A DNA stretch of 64,000 nt from Blastocatellia bacterium (GTDB taxonomy: Bacteria > Acidobacteriota > Blastocatellia > UBA7656). Numbering within the stretch: the first letter of the stretch is position 1; every line of letters begins with the position of its first letter. Shown one piece after another: positions 1-10,288 of this stretch. The stretch is from contig CAVXWP010000008.1 in the NCBI GenBank assembly GCA_963765495.1, forward strand, positions 448,001-512,000, read 5' to 3'. Made by a program: the position numbers and the translations under genes. The notes under the pieces were generated by a model. That model was given only the letters and a program-made list of their open reading frames with translations. It searched no databases and was not told where the DNA came from.

Positions 1-642
1 AGTTATGTATTGTTGACCGTGAGCGACACCGGGACGGGCATGGATCGCGAGACTCAATCAAGGATATTTGAGCCGTTCTTTACTACAAAGGAGACAGGTC
101 AGGGTACCGGGCTGGGACTGTCCACGGTTTATGGGATCGTGGATCAATGCGGGGGAAAGATTCAGGCCTACAGCGAACCTGGACTTGGCACGACTTTCAA
201 GATATACCTGCCCCCTGTGGTTGATGTTGAGGGGGCCGAGATAAAGAAAGCGGCATATGCGCTCCCGCGTGGTACTGAAACTATTCTTCTTGCGGAAGAT
301 GAAGCGAGGGTCCGGCATCTGGCGCGCGAAATTCTTGAGATGTACGGATACAAAGTCCTTGAAGCCGGCCACGGTGGTGAAGCCCTATTGATCTGCGAGC
401 AGCACAAAGAAGCGATTGACCTCTTGATAGCGGACGTAGTAATGCCGAATATGAACGGCAGGCAACTGGCCGACCGCATCACTTTGAGGCGCGGCAAAAT
501 GAAGGTGCTTTATATATCAGGCTACACCGATCATACGATATATAATCGCGGCATACTCGATAAGGAGATGGCCTTTCTGCAAAAGCCTTTCACGCCTACG
601 AACCTCGTGCTGAAGGTTCGCGAAGTCCTGGATACGGTCTGA
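1..642 (+). CDS. Hybrid histidine kinase/response regulator, C-terminal part (5' truncated by window edge)
   Basis: Frame is open from base 1. HATPase motifs DTGTGM, FEPFFTTK and GTGLGL are followed by a REC domain (ILLAEDE...DVVMPNMNG...FLQKPF). Confidence 0.92.
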   Translation, partial: SYVLLTVSDTGTGMDRETQSRIFEPFFTTKETGQGTGLGLSTVYGIVDQCGGKIQAYSEPGLGTTFKIYLPPVVDVEGAEIKKAAYALPRGTETILLAEDEARVRHLAREILEMYGYKVLEAGHGGEALLICEQHKEAIDLLIADVVMPNMNGRQLADRITLRRGKMKVLYISGYTDHTIYNRGILDKEMAFLQKPFTPTNLVLKVREVLDTV

Positions 643-652
643 CTGTAATATC

Positions 653-2632
653 TCAGACGGGCCTTTTGAAGCCGCGTTCAATCTCGCGCAGGCCAAATCT
701 CATAATCGAAGGGCGACCGTGAGGGCAGGTCATCGGGTTTTTCGTCTTCATCAATTCGTCTATAAGCCACTGCATTTTTTCATCCGTCAGCCGCATATTC
801 ACCTTTATTGCGGCCTTGCACGCAAGGGAGGCGGCTATCGAATCGCGGATATCTTCGAGGCTGAAATTGCGGCGCTCCCGCTCGACAACGCACACAACTT
901 CGCGAACAAGCGCGATCACGTCAGATGTAGGGATACCCGAGGGTGCCGTCTTTACTGCAATCGCCCGACCCGATAATCGCATAGTCTCTACGCCCATGGT
1001 CTCAAGCTCCGGCTGAACGATTTCAAAGGCTTCGATTTCTGCCGAGGTTAGATCAAGAGTTTCGGGGATAAGGAGGGGCTGAACGCCCCCGCTCCTGCTC
1101 AATTTGAGATCGCGAAACTGTTCGAAGAGAACCCGCTCGTGCGCCGCGTGCTGGTCGATCAACAACAAACCTTCCTCGTCGGTGGCGGCTATATAGCTGT
1201 CTCTGATCTGTCCCATCGGTTTTATCCCGTGACCGAGGCCGGGGAGTGGCAACTCTTCAATCTCAACTTCACCGACCGCCGCCCCCCATCCGGCCTCCGG
1301 TTCCGCCACTCCGCTTTCGATTTTCTGAGCCTCCTCAAAAGGCTGGCCGCCCTGCTGAATTTCATTCTCTTGCAATTGGTCGGGATAAGAGGAGAGGGCT
1401 GCTGCGAGTCTACCAGTTTGAGTTTCGTCTCTTTCTGAACCCGGATCAACCGTTTCACCGGCATTCAGAATCTCCCTGTAAGATTTCGCGGGCGATTGCG
1501 CTTCGGAGCCGGGCAGAGGAAATCGAGCAGAAGATGGTGGAGAGAAATTAGGGCGCGAATTCTGCGGCGACCTATCAACAAAACCACCTGCCACAAAACC
1601 CTTTGCCTCTCGGGCGGGTGTGCCGGGCAATCGAGTAGTCGGTTGGGTCGTCGTCAGGGCATCTGCAACTGCCTGCCTCGTAAATGAAAGGATAGCCGCC
1701 TCGTGAAGAAAGCGGACTTCCGTCTTTGCAGGGTGTACGTTTACATCAACCTCGGACGGGGGCACATCAATAAAGAGGATTGCTGCCGGATATGTCCCCG
1801 AAGGCATCATCGAGCGATACGCCTCCTTGAGCGCGCGGCCTATCACTTGATCCTTCACATAGCGTCCGTTGATAAACAGGTACTGAGCGTCTTTTGAAGA
1901 CCGCTGCTCCTGCGGGTTGGAAACATACCCTATTACGCGCAGACCATCTCTTTCACATTCGACCTTTAGTAGCTTCTCAAGCAACGAACCGCCAAGCAAC
2001 TGGTAGGCGCGTTCTTTCAGAGTGCGAGCGGGAGCCACACGGATGGCGTCACGTCCGTTATTGATCAACAGGAACGTGACCGCCGGGTTTGCCAGCGCAT
2101 AGTGCTGGACAAGGCTTGTAATGTGGAAGCTTTCCGTAGCATCGCTCTTTAGAAATTTTCGCCTGGCCGGGATGTTGAAGAAGAGGTCTTTGATCTCGAA
2201 TTCCGCACCGCCGGGCCATCCAATGTCTCTCACGGCGATAAGTTTTCCACCATTGAATTCGACCTCGGTTCCTTCTATATCCTTTGCCGATTTGGTGCGT
2301 AAAAACAGGCGTGAAACAGAGGCAATGGAGGGAAGCGCCTCGCCGCGAAAGCCAAGCGTGCTGATGGCTTCCAGGTCTTCTGCTGTTCGCAGCTTTGATG
2401 TCGCGTGGCGTTCGAAGGCCGTGATCGCATCATCGCGCGTCATCCCCTCACCATCATCCTGGATTCGAATCAGCCGCTTGCCGCCGGATTCAATCTCGAT
2501 ATGGATTTTTCGCGCCCCGGCGTCCAACGAGTTTTCAAGCAACTCCTTGACGACCGAGGCGGGACGCTCGACGACCTCCCCCGCAGCTATCTTGTTGGCG
2601 AGTGAATCTGGCAGCACTTTGATCTTTCCCAT
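653..2632 (-). CDS. mutL: DNA mismatch repair endonuclease MutL
   Basis: N-terminal IAAGEVVERPASVVKELLENSLDAGA, GFRGEAL ATPase motif, and endonuclease motifs DQHAAHER, ACK and CPHGRP. Confidence 0.98.
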   Translation of the reverse strand: MGKIKVLPDSLANKIAAGEVVERPASVVKELLENSLDAGARKIHIEIESGGKRLIRIQDDGEGMTRDDAITAFERHATSKLRTAEDLEAISTLGFRGEALPSIASVSRLFLRTKSAKDIEGTEVEFNGGKLIAVRDIGWPGGAEFEIKDLFFNIPARRKFLKSDATESFHITSLVQHYALANPAVTFLLINNGRDAIRVAPARTLKERAYQLLGGSLLEKLLKVECERDGLRVIGYVSNPQEQRSSKDAQYLFINGRYVKDQVIGRALKEAYRSMMPSGTYPAAILFIDVPPSEVDVNVHPAKTEVRFLHEAAILSFTRQAVADALTTTQPTTRLPGTPAREAKGFVAGGFVDRSPQNSRPNFSPPSSARFPLPGSEAQSPAKSYREILNAGETVDPGSERDETQTGRLAAALSSYPDQLQENEIQQGGQPFEEAQKIESGVAEPEAGWGAAVGEVEIEELPLPGLGHGIKPMGQIRDSYIAATDEEGLLLIDQHAAHERVLFEQFRDLKLSRSGGVQPLLIPETLDLTSAEIEAFEIVQPELETMGVETMRLSGRAIAVKTAPSGIPTSDVIALVREVVCVVERERRNFSLEDIRDSIAASLACKAAIKVNMRLTDEKMQWLIDELMKTKNPMTCPHGRPSIMRFGLREIERGFKRPV

Positions 2633-2869
2633 ATTTGGTTATCCTCTCCTGAGTTTTGCAATTGATGTATTATATCATCTGTCGATTAGTAAGGCCCGTG
2701 GCAACAAAAGAGCCAGTCGAGTCAATTAATGCTATCCAGGGCCATTCCATTGTCAGGAAAAGCTTTGCGTACTTCACATGCCAGGCGACTTTGCGAAAAA
2801 GATTCACGTTAAGGCGCAAAGGAGGCAAAGATTTTTCATATTACGAAATACCGTAAGTGAGGTGGAGCG

Positions 2870-3163
2870 ATGATAAGACACATCGTTTTTTTAAAGTTCA
2901 AGCCCGATGTCAGAAGCGACAAACGAAATGCGGTGCTCGATGAATTGCGGTCGCTACCAGACAAAATAGATTCAATCAGAGAGTTTGAGGTTGGAGAAGA
3001 TATACTGAATTCGCCCCGGTCGTGGGACGCCGCTCTCATCGGAACATATGACGATCTCCAAGGATTGGAGCAATATCAAAAACACGACGATCACATGGCG
3101 GTCGTGATGAAGCTAAGAGAGATTACAGACGCTATAGCCTCTGTTGACTATGAAGTCGATTGA
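2870..3163 (+). CDS. Dabb family (stress-responsive A/B barrel) protein
   Basis: MIRHIVFLKFK start, Y..H..H motif, C-terminal SVDYE, RBS GAGGTGGAG. Confidence 0.88.
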   Translation: MIRHIVFLKFKPDVRSDKRNAVLDELRSLPDKIDSIREFEVGEDILNSPRSWDAALIGTYDDLQGLEQYQKHDDHMAVVMKLREITDAIASVDYEVD

Positions 3164-3174
3164 CCTCGCACGGC

Positions 3175-3651
3175 CTAAGAAGAACCTGTGTGGTCATGGA
3201 TTATCTTCCAGCCATCGGGGTACTTGCGAAATATCAGTGTAAATAATCCCTGCGGCTCGCTATCGGCCATCTTGAGGTGCCAGTGACCTCGCACAAAGGC
3301 GCTTTGCGGCCCAAGCAACTCGATCTTCAGCTCGGAAAAATCGAGTTGCCCCATCTCGGCCCCTGCGCTCTGGTAGCGGTTTCTGTATCGGTCAAGAGTG
3401 GTCTTCCACCCCGAGGTTTTCGTCCCACCCGAAAAGAAAGTCAATTCGGGTGAATGCCAGTACCCTTTCATAAAACCTTCAAGGTCTCCTCGGTTCCAGG
3501 CCGCAACCTGAAGATCGAGCACCCGTCGAATCTCTCGGGAGGAGGCAGACTCTCCCCGCCTTCTCTGATTCGCTTTGACCGGCACGACCGCTATTGCAAA
3601 GAGTAGAAAACAGATCGTCAGGCCGCTGTATTTTCCATTTCTTTTGAGCAC
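3175..3651 (-). CDS. Exported NTF2-like/YybH (DUF4440) family protein
   Basis: Signal peptide, QVAAWNRGDLEGFM, and C-terminal GWKIIHDH. GTG start with RBS GGAGG. Confidence 0.88.
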   Translation of the reverse strand: MLKRNGKYSGLTICFLLFAIAVVPVKANQRRRGESASSREIRRVLDLQVAAWNRGDLEGFMKGYWHSPELTFFSGGTKTSGWKTTLDRYRNRYQSAGAEMGQLDFSELKIELLGPQSAFVRGHWHLKMADSEPQGLFTLIFRKYPDGWKIIHDHTGSS

Positions 3652-3716
3652 AGAGCACCTCCGCCTGCTTATTTTGTTTGTCGCCCGCAGGCCGGGCAGG
3701 TAAAATTTTTCTTTCT

Positions 3717-4634
3717 ATGAATGCAATACCGCTATCACAAAAACAACAGCACGGATGTAACCTGTGCGGAGCCGTTGTCGTCCGCGAACTTTACACCGCA
3801 AGCGACCATCTAGGCAAATCAGACGAGCCATTTTCCATAGTCGAGTGCAGCGGCTGCGGGGTCCTGCGAACCCTTCCTGAAATGTCAGACGAGGAGCTTG
3901 ATCGCTTCTACCCGGAGGATTACTGGGGCGAGTGCGGAGGGCCTTCCCAGGGCTGGATCGAAAAATCTCAGGCCGAGAAGGTGCGGTTTCTTGAGACGAG
4001 CGTAAAGGGGGGCGGGCGCATACTCGATATTGGCAGCGGAGCCGGGTACTTTTTGAGAGCCCTCGATGCAAATCGCTGGGACCGTTTCGGTGTCGAATTA
4101 GGAAAGGTCGCCGCCGCCGCCGCCAACCGCGTTCTTGGCCAGGATCGGGTCTTCACAGGCACCCTGATCGATGCGGCCTGCGCCGAGAACTTTTTTGATG
4201 TAGTCACATTCTGGTCTTCACTTGAGCACACGAACAGGCCAAAGGCCAACATCATCGAAGCAAGACATATCATAAAACCCGGAGGCACTTTGATACTTGA
4301 GGTTCCGAACTCGGAAAGCTATCAGGCTCGATTCTTTGGCAGCGATTGGTCTGCGCTCGATGTGCCCCGGCATCGCTATCATTTTACAACCGCTATCTTA
4401 AAGAATCTGCTTGCTGATGCGGGATTCGAAGTTTACCGTCTCACCTATTATTCCAGGACGCATAATTCGCACGCGCTTCGTCAGAGCCTCAAGGCCAGAT
4501 TGCTGGGCAAGAGGCCAACTCTGATCAACAAGGCTATATTCTGTCTCGCAATCCCGTTTATCAAACCTTTTGACTGGCTGATGACCACTATTGATGAGGG
4601 CGCTACGATCACGCTCGCGGCACGAGCAATTTGA
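3717..4634 (+). CDS. Class I SAM-dependent methyltransferase with N-terminal zinc ribbon
   Basis: CNLC...CSGC pair, ILDIGSGAG SAM motif, SLEH, LEVPN, DVPRH. ATG at 3717 preferred to the upstream TTG. Confidence 0.9.
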   Translation: MNAIPLSQKQQHGCNLCGAVVVRELYTASDHLGKSDEPFSIVECSGCGVLRTLPEMSDEELDRFYPEDYWGECGGPSQGWIEKSQAEKVRFLETSVKGGGRILDIGSGAGYFLRALDANRWDRFGVELGKVAAAAANRVLGQDRVFTGTLIDAACAENFFDVVTFWSSLEHTNRPKANIIEARHIIKPGGTLILEVPNSESYQARFFGSDWSALDVPRHRYHFTTAILKNLLADAGFEVYRLTYYSRTHNSHALRQSLKARLLGKRPTLINKAIFCLAIPFIKPFDWLMTTIDEGATITLAARAI

Positions 4635-4661
4635 ACTCACATGAGGCTCTCTGGAAGAGGA

Positions 4662-5780
4662 TCAATTTGCCCGCTCTTCTTGATTGTTGTTCTTGAAATG
4701 GCGCTCAAGTTCCCGAGTATCGTCGTAGACTAATAAATCCGGGCGCACTCGAAGCGCGTTAAATATTTCGAGCACTTCCCTGTCGGTGCGTCGGGCTGCC
4801 TGCCGTTCGATTTCTCTTCGTTTGAGAATCGCTGGAAGTCGCTTGAGCGCAGCCATAACTGAGATCATAAAACCCGGTTTGAGTGTGAGGGGCGATGAGA
4901 TAAACAGGAGTATCACCCGAGCAATATGCGCGGCTAAGAACCTCTTATCGTGCAGATTTATCCAGTGAAACAGCAACCGATTACGCTGCTGCACTCTTCT
5001 GATCTTTGACTGCCTGAGTCTTCGCATGGTAGAAGAGATACGATGTCTGACGACCGAGCGAGGTTCGAAGATAACCCGATAGCCTCGTTTCCAGGCGCGA
5101 TAACTTAGCTCGACATCCTCCCAGTAGGCAGGGGCGAAAAGGCTTTCGAATCCGCCCAGTTCAAGAAATTTGTCGCGATCAAACATGGCAGATCCCCCGC
5201 TTGCAAAAATCGAAAATAGCCTTCCACACGAAGCAGCACCTGAGCTTTCAGCCGCATCGAGTTTGACGTAGCTTTGATGAACTCTTATGAATCCGCGTGA
5301 AAACCCTCCGACTTTACCCGTTCCGCATACTTCATTTGTCTCGTAATCAAAGACTCGACAATGCACCGCAAAGACGTTTGAGTCGCTAAAGCCGTCAACA
5401 AGCGGAGCGATAGCCTTCGGATGTACTTCGACATCATTGTTTAAGAGAAAGACCAGTCGGGCGCGCGCGCAGGCAAATCCGCTGTTACAGGTAGAGCCAA
5501 ACCCCAAATTTTTCTCATTTCTCAAATACCTCAGGGCCAATCCAGCGGGCTGGATCTCCTCAACATCCTGATCTTTGCGATAGGGCGTGAATCCACTGGC
5601 GGTCAGCCACGGGATTGTATCGTCCATGCTCCCGTCATCGACTATAAGGATTTCGACCGGGCGTTCTGTTACCCTGTAATGATGAGTGGCCGCCGTGATG
5701 ACCGAAGGAAGAAATTGCTCAAGCAGTCCTTTACCGTTCCAGGTTGGTATGATGATGCTTACGCCGGGTTCAAAAGCCAT
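4662..5780 (-). CDS. Glycosyltransferase family 2 (WbbL/rhamnosyltransferase-like)
   Basis: IIIPTWN, VDDGS, NLGF, LLNND, YWEDVELSYRA motifs. Confidence 0.92.
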   Translation of the reverse strand: MAFEPGVSIIIPTWNGKGLLEQFLPSVITAATHHYRVTERPVEILIVDDGSMDDTIPWLTASGFTPYRKDQDVEEIQPAGLALRYLRNEKNLGFGSTCNSGFACARARLVFLLNNDVEVHPKAIAPLVDGFSDSNVFAVHCRVFDYETNEVCGTGKVGGFSRGFIRVHQSYVKLDAAESSGAASCGRLFSIFASGGSAMFDRDKFLELGGFESLFAPAYWEDVELSYRAWKRGYRVIFEPRSVVRHRISSTMRRLRQSKIRRVQQRNRLLFHWINLHDKRFLAAHIARVILLFISSPLTLKPGFMISVMAALKRLPAILKRREIERQAARRTDREVLEIFNALRVRPDLLVYDDTRELERHFKNNNQEERAN

Positions 5781-5789
5781 TTAAGTTTA

Positions 5790-6818
5790 TCAGTGACGAT
5801 GCGGCCTGAGATTTGACTTCTTGGGGTTTGCCATCTTCTCGAGTTCAACCAGACTATTATGGCTCCCGATAACAACCAGCGCGTCGTTCTCTTTTATGAT
5901 CGCAGCGGCAGAGGGATTGAAGAGCATATCCCCCCCCGCGCGCTTGATGGCTATAACCATCACGTTGAGGTCGGAGCGTATGGTGGTGTCCTTGAGCGCG
6001 ACTCCCGTAAACGGAGACCCGGCTTTGATCTCTATCTGCTCCATCTCCAGTTCGAGTTGTTCTGTCATGCTGGCAAGTTCCATGAAAGCGGCAACGGCAG
6101 GTCTTAGCAGCATTTGGGCCATCTGATTCGACCCTGTAATAGTAGGTGAGACTACCTTGTTGGCTCCGGCCTTTAGCAATCTCGTAACAGCCGATTCCTC
6201 ATTGGCGCGCGCAACAAGCATCATCTCCTTGTTCAGGTCACGCGCCATCAACGTGAGATAAAGATTATCAGGATCGGTTGAGAGGGCACATACAAGACCG
6301 CGCGCGCGCTCAATTCCCGCCGCGAGCAGAACATCCTCATTTGTCGCATCACCTATCAGGACGAGGTACCCTTTTGACAACAACTTGTCTGCTATCCCTT
6401 CGTCGCTTTCAATTACGACAAACTCTTCGCCCCGCCTCGCAACCTCGCGGATTACACGTGAACCGATACGCCCGGCCCCGCACATTATGTAGTGACCACT
6501 AAGCTGGTTAATGTCCTTAAACATCTTTCGCTTCCCGAAGGTTGAGATAAGCTCTGACTCTACCACAGCCTGAGCCGCATAGGAAAAGGCATAGCCAATC
6601 GTGCTTACACCCATAATAATGAGAAGGACGGTAAAATAGCGGGCCTCTTCCGTCATATTGGAAGGTTCGCCGAAGCCTATTGTTGTGATGGTGATCAAGG
6701 TAAAGTACAGACAGTCGAACCAGGGCAGACCAAGCAGAATCTTAAACCCTACCGACCCGAATGCAATCAGTCCAAATACTGCTGTAATTGCGAGCTGAAA
6801 TTTTTTTCTTGGCGACAT
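5790..6818 (-). CDS. Potassium channel protein (2-TM pore + TrkA-N/TrkA-C RCK domains)
   Basis: TTIGFG selectivity filter, CGAGRIG Rossmann motif, GDAT, TrkA-C (FNPS). Start could be 6839. Confidence 0.93.
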   Translation of the reverse strand: MSPRKKFQLAITAVFGLIAFGSVGFKILLGLPWFDCLYFTLITITTIGFGEPSNMTEEARYFTVLLIIMGVSTIGYAFSYAAQAVVESELISTFGKRKMFKDINQLSGHYIMCGAGRIGSRVIREVARRGEEFVVIESDEGIADKLLSKGYLVLIGDATNEDVLLAAGIERARGLVCALSTDPDNLYLTLMARDLNKEMMLVARANEESAVTRLLKAGANKVVSPTITGSNQMAQMLLRPAVAAFMELASMTEQLELEMEQIEIKAGSPFTGVALKDTTIRSDLNVMVIAIKRAGGDMLFNPSAAAIIKENDALVVIGSHNSLVELEKMANPKKSNLRPHRH

Positions 6819-6893
6819 ATTCAATAGTCCAGGCCGCATGTTATATCCGGCCGAACCATTGAGCAAGAACCAGTTGAACCAAAGAGAGACAGA

Positions 6894-6919
6894 AAAGGAG
6901 GCGACCGAGCGCCTCCTTT
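6894..6919 (-). terminator. Rho-independent terminator after PDZ gene
   Basis: AAAGGAGGCG/CGCCTCCTTT stem followed by a U-rich tract on the minus strand. Confidence 0.7.
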
Positions 6920-6975
6920 ATCAAAGCTTAAGATTGCTGCGTGAAGAGATAATTTTTCAGACAGGAGTTACAGGA

Positions 6976-8028
6976 TTAGATCGACCCCGAAACCTGTCGA
7001 GCGCGCGGCGCGATTGCCGGCTTTGGCATCTCAACCTGTCGCTTTTCAAGAGTGACCGTAACACTCTGCTCGCTGCGGTTGCGAAAGACCGTAAGTGTTA
7101 CGGGGCCTTCCTCCTTCTTTGCAAGCTCGCCCATGAGTTCTTCAACACCGCCGACTTTCTGACCGTCAACGGCAACAATCACATCACCGGCTTTTAACCC
7201 GGCCTTTGATGCCGGAGTATCTTCACGCACTTCGGTAACGAGAACACCTTTGCCGTCCTTGACTCCGAAATACTCGCCAAGCTGGTCTGAGAGCGACTCT
7301 GCTGCTATCCCCAACCTCGCCCTGTTTACATACCAGACAGTGCCTGGGCCTACGAAATTATAGTTTCCAAACTCGCGGGGCGGGGCTCCCCTTTGACCGC
7401 CCAGACCTTCCTGTTCGCGGTTGAGTTCTTCAATCGCGCGGCGATGAGCCTCCTCGGCGCGTCTCATTGCTTCCTCATTACGCCTTAGAACTTCCTCATC
7501 CAGATTCCCTTCTCGCCTGAGCAGCGTGAAATTATCCGCTCGCTTGTTTAACGTCGCAGAGATTGTTTGATGGCCGCCTCCTCTGATGACTTCGATAGAG
7601 ACATCTCGGCCAGCGGGAGTCTCGCCAAGCATCCGCTGCATTTCGCGAACGCTGTCTACCCTACGACCGTTGAAGGAGACGATTACGTCATTCATCTTCA
7701 GACCCGAGGTGTCGGCTGGACTGCCTTCGACCACCTTCATGACGATAGCTCCGCGCTCCTCGGCTAGATTTAGCTCCTTTGCCCGTTCGGGCGAAACTTC
7801 TTCGAGATAAACACCCAGATAACTGCCTTCACCCACAAAAAACTGCGTGGGCATCTCTCCTGATTGAAAGAGATATTCTGTCTTCTCCTTTTGCTTTTCT
7901 TTCAGTTCAGACTTGTCTGTCCGTTTCTCTTTCTGTTTGTTCTTCTCCCCGGAATCGCTTTGCGCGAATACGGTACCGACGGCGACGGTAAGAGCCAGTA
8001 AAAATATCAAATAGCGTTGCTTATGCAT
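6976..8028 (-). CDS. Exported tandem PDZ-domain protein (no protease domain)
   Basis: Signal peptide and two PDZ domains (YLGVYL...GSPA...GL..NDVI; RLGI...TPA..AGLKAGDVI) separated by a coiled coil. RBS GGAGGG. Confidence 0.9.
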   Translation of the reverse strand: MHKQRYLIFLLALTVAVGTVFAQSDSGEKNKQKEKRTDKSELKEKQKEKTEYLFQSGEMPTQFFVGEGSYLGVYLEEVSPERAKELNLAEERGAIVMKVVEGSPADTSGLKMNDVIVSFNGRRVDSVREMQRMLGETPAGRDVSIEVIRGGGHQTISATLNKRADNFTLLRREGNLDEEVLRRNEEAMRRAEEAHRRAIEELNREQEGLGGQRGAPPREFGNYNFVGPGTVWYVNRARLGIAAESLSDQLGEYFGVKDGKGVLVTEVREDTPASKAGLKAGDVIVAVDGQKVGGVEELMGELAKKEEGPVTLTVFRNRSEQSVTVTLEKRQVEMPKPAIAPRARQVSGSI

Positions 8029-8114
8029 GATCTTCCCTCCAAACATGACTGAGTTGCCTCCCTAACCCTTTGAGCACGCCCGGATCGGGAAAAAGTTCCA
8101 AAAGTGGAAGGGTT

Positions 8115-8151
8115 GTGGGAATAGGCCGGGCCGGTAGCGGCCTATTCCCAC
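8115..8151 (-). terminator. GC-rich hairpin, probable terminator
   Basis: 14-bp perfect stem GTGGGAATAGGCCG/CGGCCTATTCCCAC downstream of the 8230 gene. Confidence 0.55.
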
Positions 8152-8229
8152 CTTTCTATGCTACATTTTGGAAAATTGAATGACACTACTTATTCACTGA
8201 CAGATGTCATAGTCTGAAGAGATTCGGTA

Positions 8230-9450
8230 TTAGTTGTTGCGGGGGCCGGTCCTTGTGGCCCTTAAGACAAGGCGCGCCAGCGAGGGAACACGGACAAAAA
8301 CGCGGGCCAGCAGATTGGCTGCAAACGGCGAGAATGCCACTATTCTCAGGATGCCAGCTATCCTCATCCGATGGCCAAACTCGTTTTCATAGCGGGCCGT
8401 ATAGGACTCGATTACGCTGTTAACAAGCAATTGCGCGTTCGTGGATATTTGTTTTCCGTTGCCATTGGCCGATTCCTGCAATTTCTCGATTTCCTCGATA
8501 ATAGATTCGGCGGCGATTTCACCAGTCCTCAACGCTATCTGTATCCCGGTTCCTGTAAACGGATCAATCATCCCCGAAGCATCGCCGATTGCAATTACTC
8601 CGCGCTGAGATAGTCGCCGATGCCCAAATGTAAGCGGCCCGACTGTGTGCCACTTCCCCACCACATTAGCCTTTGCCAGCCTTCGCCTCGCCAATCGGTT
8701 CTTCATTATCGTTCTGTGTTTGATCTCTAACGCATCGCCACCGGCCTCGCGCACGGTTCGTTCATTGACTATGAAACACAAGTTTGCCAGCCCATTCTCG
8801 ACCCTGGACAACCCGCCATAACCGTCTGGAAAGAAATAGAGTTCTACTTGATCTTCGATGTCAGACACACCTTCGAGGTGAGCCTTAAACGCATAAAGCC
8901 TGTTGCCCGGCTTTCCACCTTTTCGCTCTTCGGGCTCAAGCATCAACCTGGAATTTCGACCCGATGCGTCGACTATCAGTTTCCCGAAGAACTTGACAGC
9001 CTCGCCGCTTGAAAGGTCTAGCCCTTCGACACCTTCCGGCTGGTCTCCGTTATAGAGGCATCGCCTGACGGCCACGCCTTCCAGACAGGTGGCTCCGGCC
9101 TGTCGCGCCCTGTCGAATAAAATCTGATCGAATCTAGCACGGCTGATACTCATCGCCCATGATTTCCCTCCCGACAGATCAGAGATCGAGGTACTTATCA
9201 ATCGCCCGCTTGTCGGGCTGAGACGAAGGCTCTTTATCTGTCGTGCTCCTGCTAAAATCATTTGATCCATGACGTCAAGCCGGTTTAGCGAGGGGAATGA
9301 TTCGGGTGTGACAAATTCCCCACACAGCTTTTGACGCGGCATCTGCTTCTCTTCAAGAAGCAAGACCTTAAGACCCTGCATCGCGAGAAGAATCGCGGCG
9401 CAGGCTCCAGATGGACCGCCTCCTATTATGATGATGTCGTGAATGTTCAT
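8230..9450 (-). CDS. NAD(P)/FAD-dependent oxidoreductase (geranylgeranyl reductase-like)
   Basis: GGGPSG, KLCGEF, DASGR, GDA and DPFTGTG motifs. 4-bp overlap with the upstream methyltransferase. Confidence 0.92.
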   Translation of the reverse strand: MNIHDIIIIGGGPSGACAAILLAMQGLKVLLLEEKQMPRQKLCGEFVTPESFPSLNRLDVMDQMILAGARQIKSLRLSPTSGRLISTSISDLSGGKSWAMSISRARFDQILFDRARQAGATCLEGVAVRRCLYNGDQPEGVEGLDLSSGEAVKFFGKLIVDASGRNSRLMLEPEERKGGKPGNRLYAFKAHLEGVSDIEDQVELYFFPDGYGGLSRVENGLANLCFIVNERTVREAGGDALEIKHRTIMKNRLARRRLAKANVVGKWHTVGPLTFGHRRLSQRGVIAIGDASGMIDPFTGTGIQIALRTGEIAAESIIEEIEKLQESANGNGKQISTNAQLLVNSVIESYTARYENEFGHRMRIAGILRIVAFSPFAANLLARVFVRVPSLARLVLRATRTGPRNN

Positions 9451-10148
9451 AGCTCGGCAATGACAGATAAGCGGTAAGGGAACGACCGTTTAACCTCGAA
9501 ACGGCTCAAGCCGGCCCGCTTTGCGAGATTTCTGAACTCTCCGGCCGTAAACCCTCTTAAGACGGAGACCGGACCATCGTTGCGCGTAAGAAAGCTTCTT
9601 GCCAGCAATGGACCCGTCAAACGAATGAAATAGTAAGGGACAAGATTTCGGATAAGATCATTAATAATAATTCTCCGCCTGGCGACTCTTGCGAAATCTT
9701 CGATCAGCTTTACTACATCGTCATCAGTAAAATGATGCAAGAAAAGCGAGGCAGTGACGTAATCAAAACTGTTGTCAGCGAATGGAAGCTTCAGGGCATC
9801 CGCTCTGACAAGTGAGACAGCAGGATTTATACCCAGATGCGTGTGTGCGACCCTTAAATTGCGTTCACTCATATCGAGCGCGGCTATCATGGGCTGAATG
9901 CCACGCGAATGGCACCACTCTGCCACCTCCGTAGGGATGTCTGCCGATCCGGTTCCTACATCGAGAAGCGATAAATGGCCGTCGTTATTACCATCTACGC
10001 TTGTGTTGAGCGCCCTGATTACCACACGCGTCCCGCCCAGAAACCGGTTTATCCGGCGAAGGTCTCGCAAATTCTCTGCTACATCTTCGTCCGTTCCAAT
10101 GCCTGCATCGAGCAGTTCCTCTTCGTATATCCTCTCAGGAGTAAGCAC
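9447..10148 (-). CDS. SAM-dependent methyltransferase (type III PKS-cluster associated type)
   Basis: E.LD...L.DL.RINRFLGG, LDVGTGSADIP, SLFLHH, NDL.R, DG..SVLRGFT. GTG start with RBS GGGAGG. Confidence 0.88.
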   Translation of the reverse strand: MLTPERIYEEELLDAGIGTDEDVAENLRDLRRINRFLGGTRVVIRALNTSVDGNNDGHLSLLDVGTGSADIPTEVAEWCHSRGIQPMIAALDMSERNLRVAHTHLGINPAVSLVRADALKLPFADNSFDYVTASLFLHHFTDDDVVKLIEDFARVARRRIIINDLIRNLVPYYFIRLTGPLLARSFLTRNDGPVSVLRGFTAGEFRNLAKRAGLSRFEVKRSFPYRLSVIAEL

Positions 10149-10288
10149 TTGCCCTCCCCCTCTCATTGTTAAAGTGTGAACACAGCTTGATGTTCTCTAC
10201 CCTTCCAATCATTCAAGTTCTACCCTTTCAAACAATTCCCGCTCATGGATATAGAGTCTCAAGAGCGGCTGAAGATACTACTGAGTAT

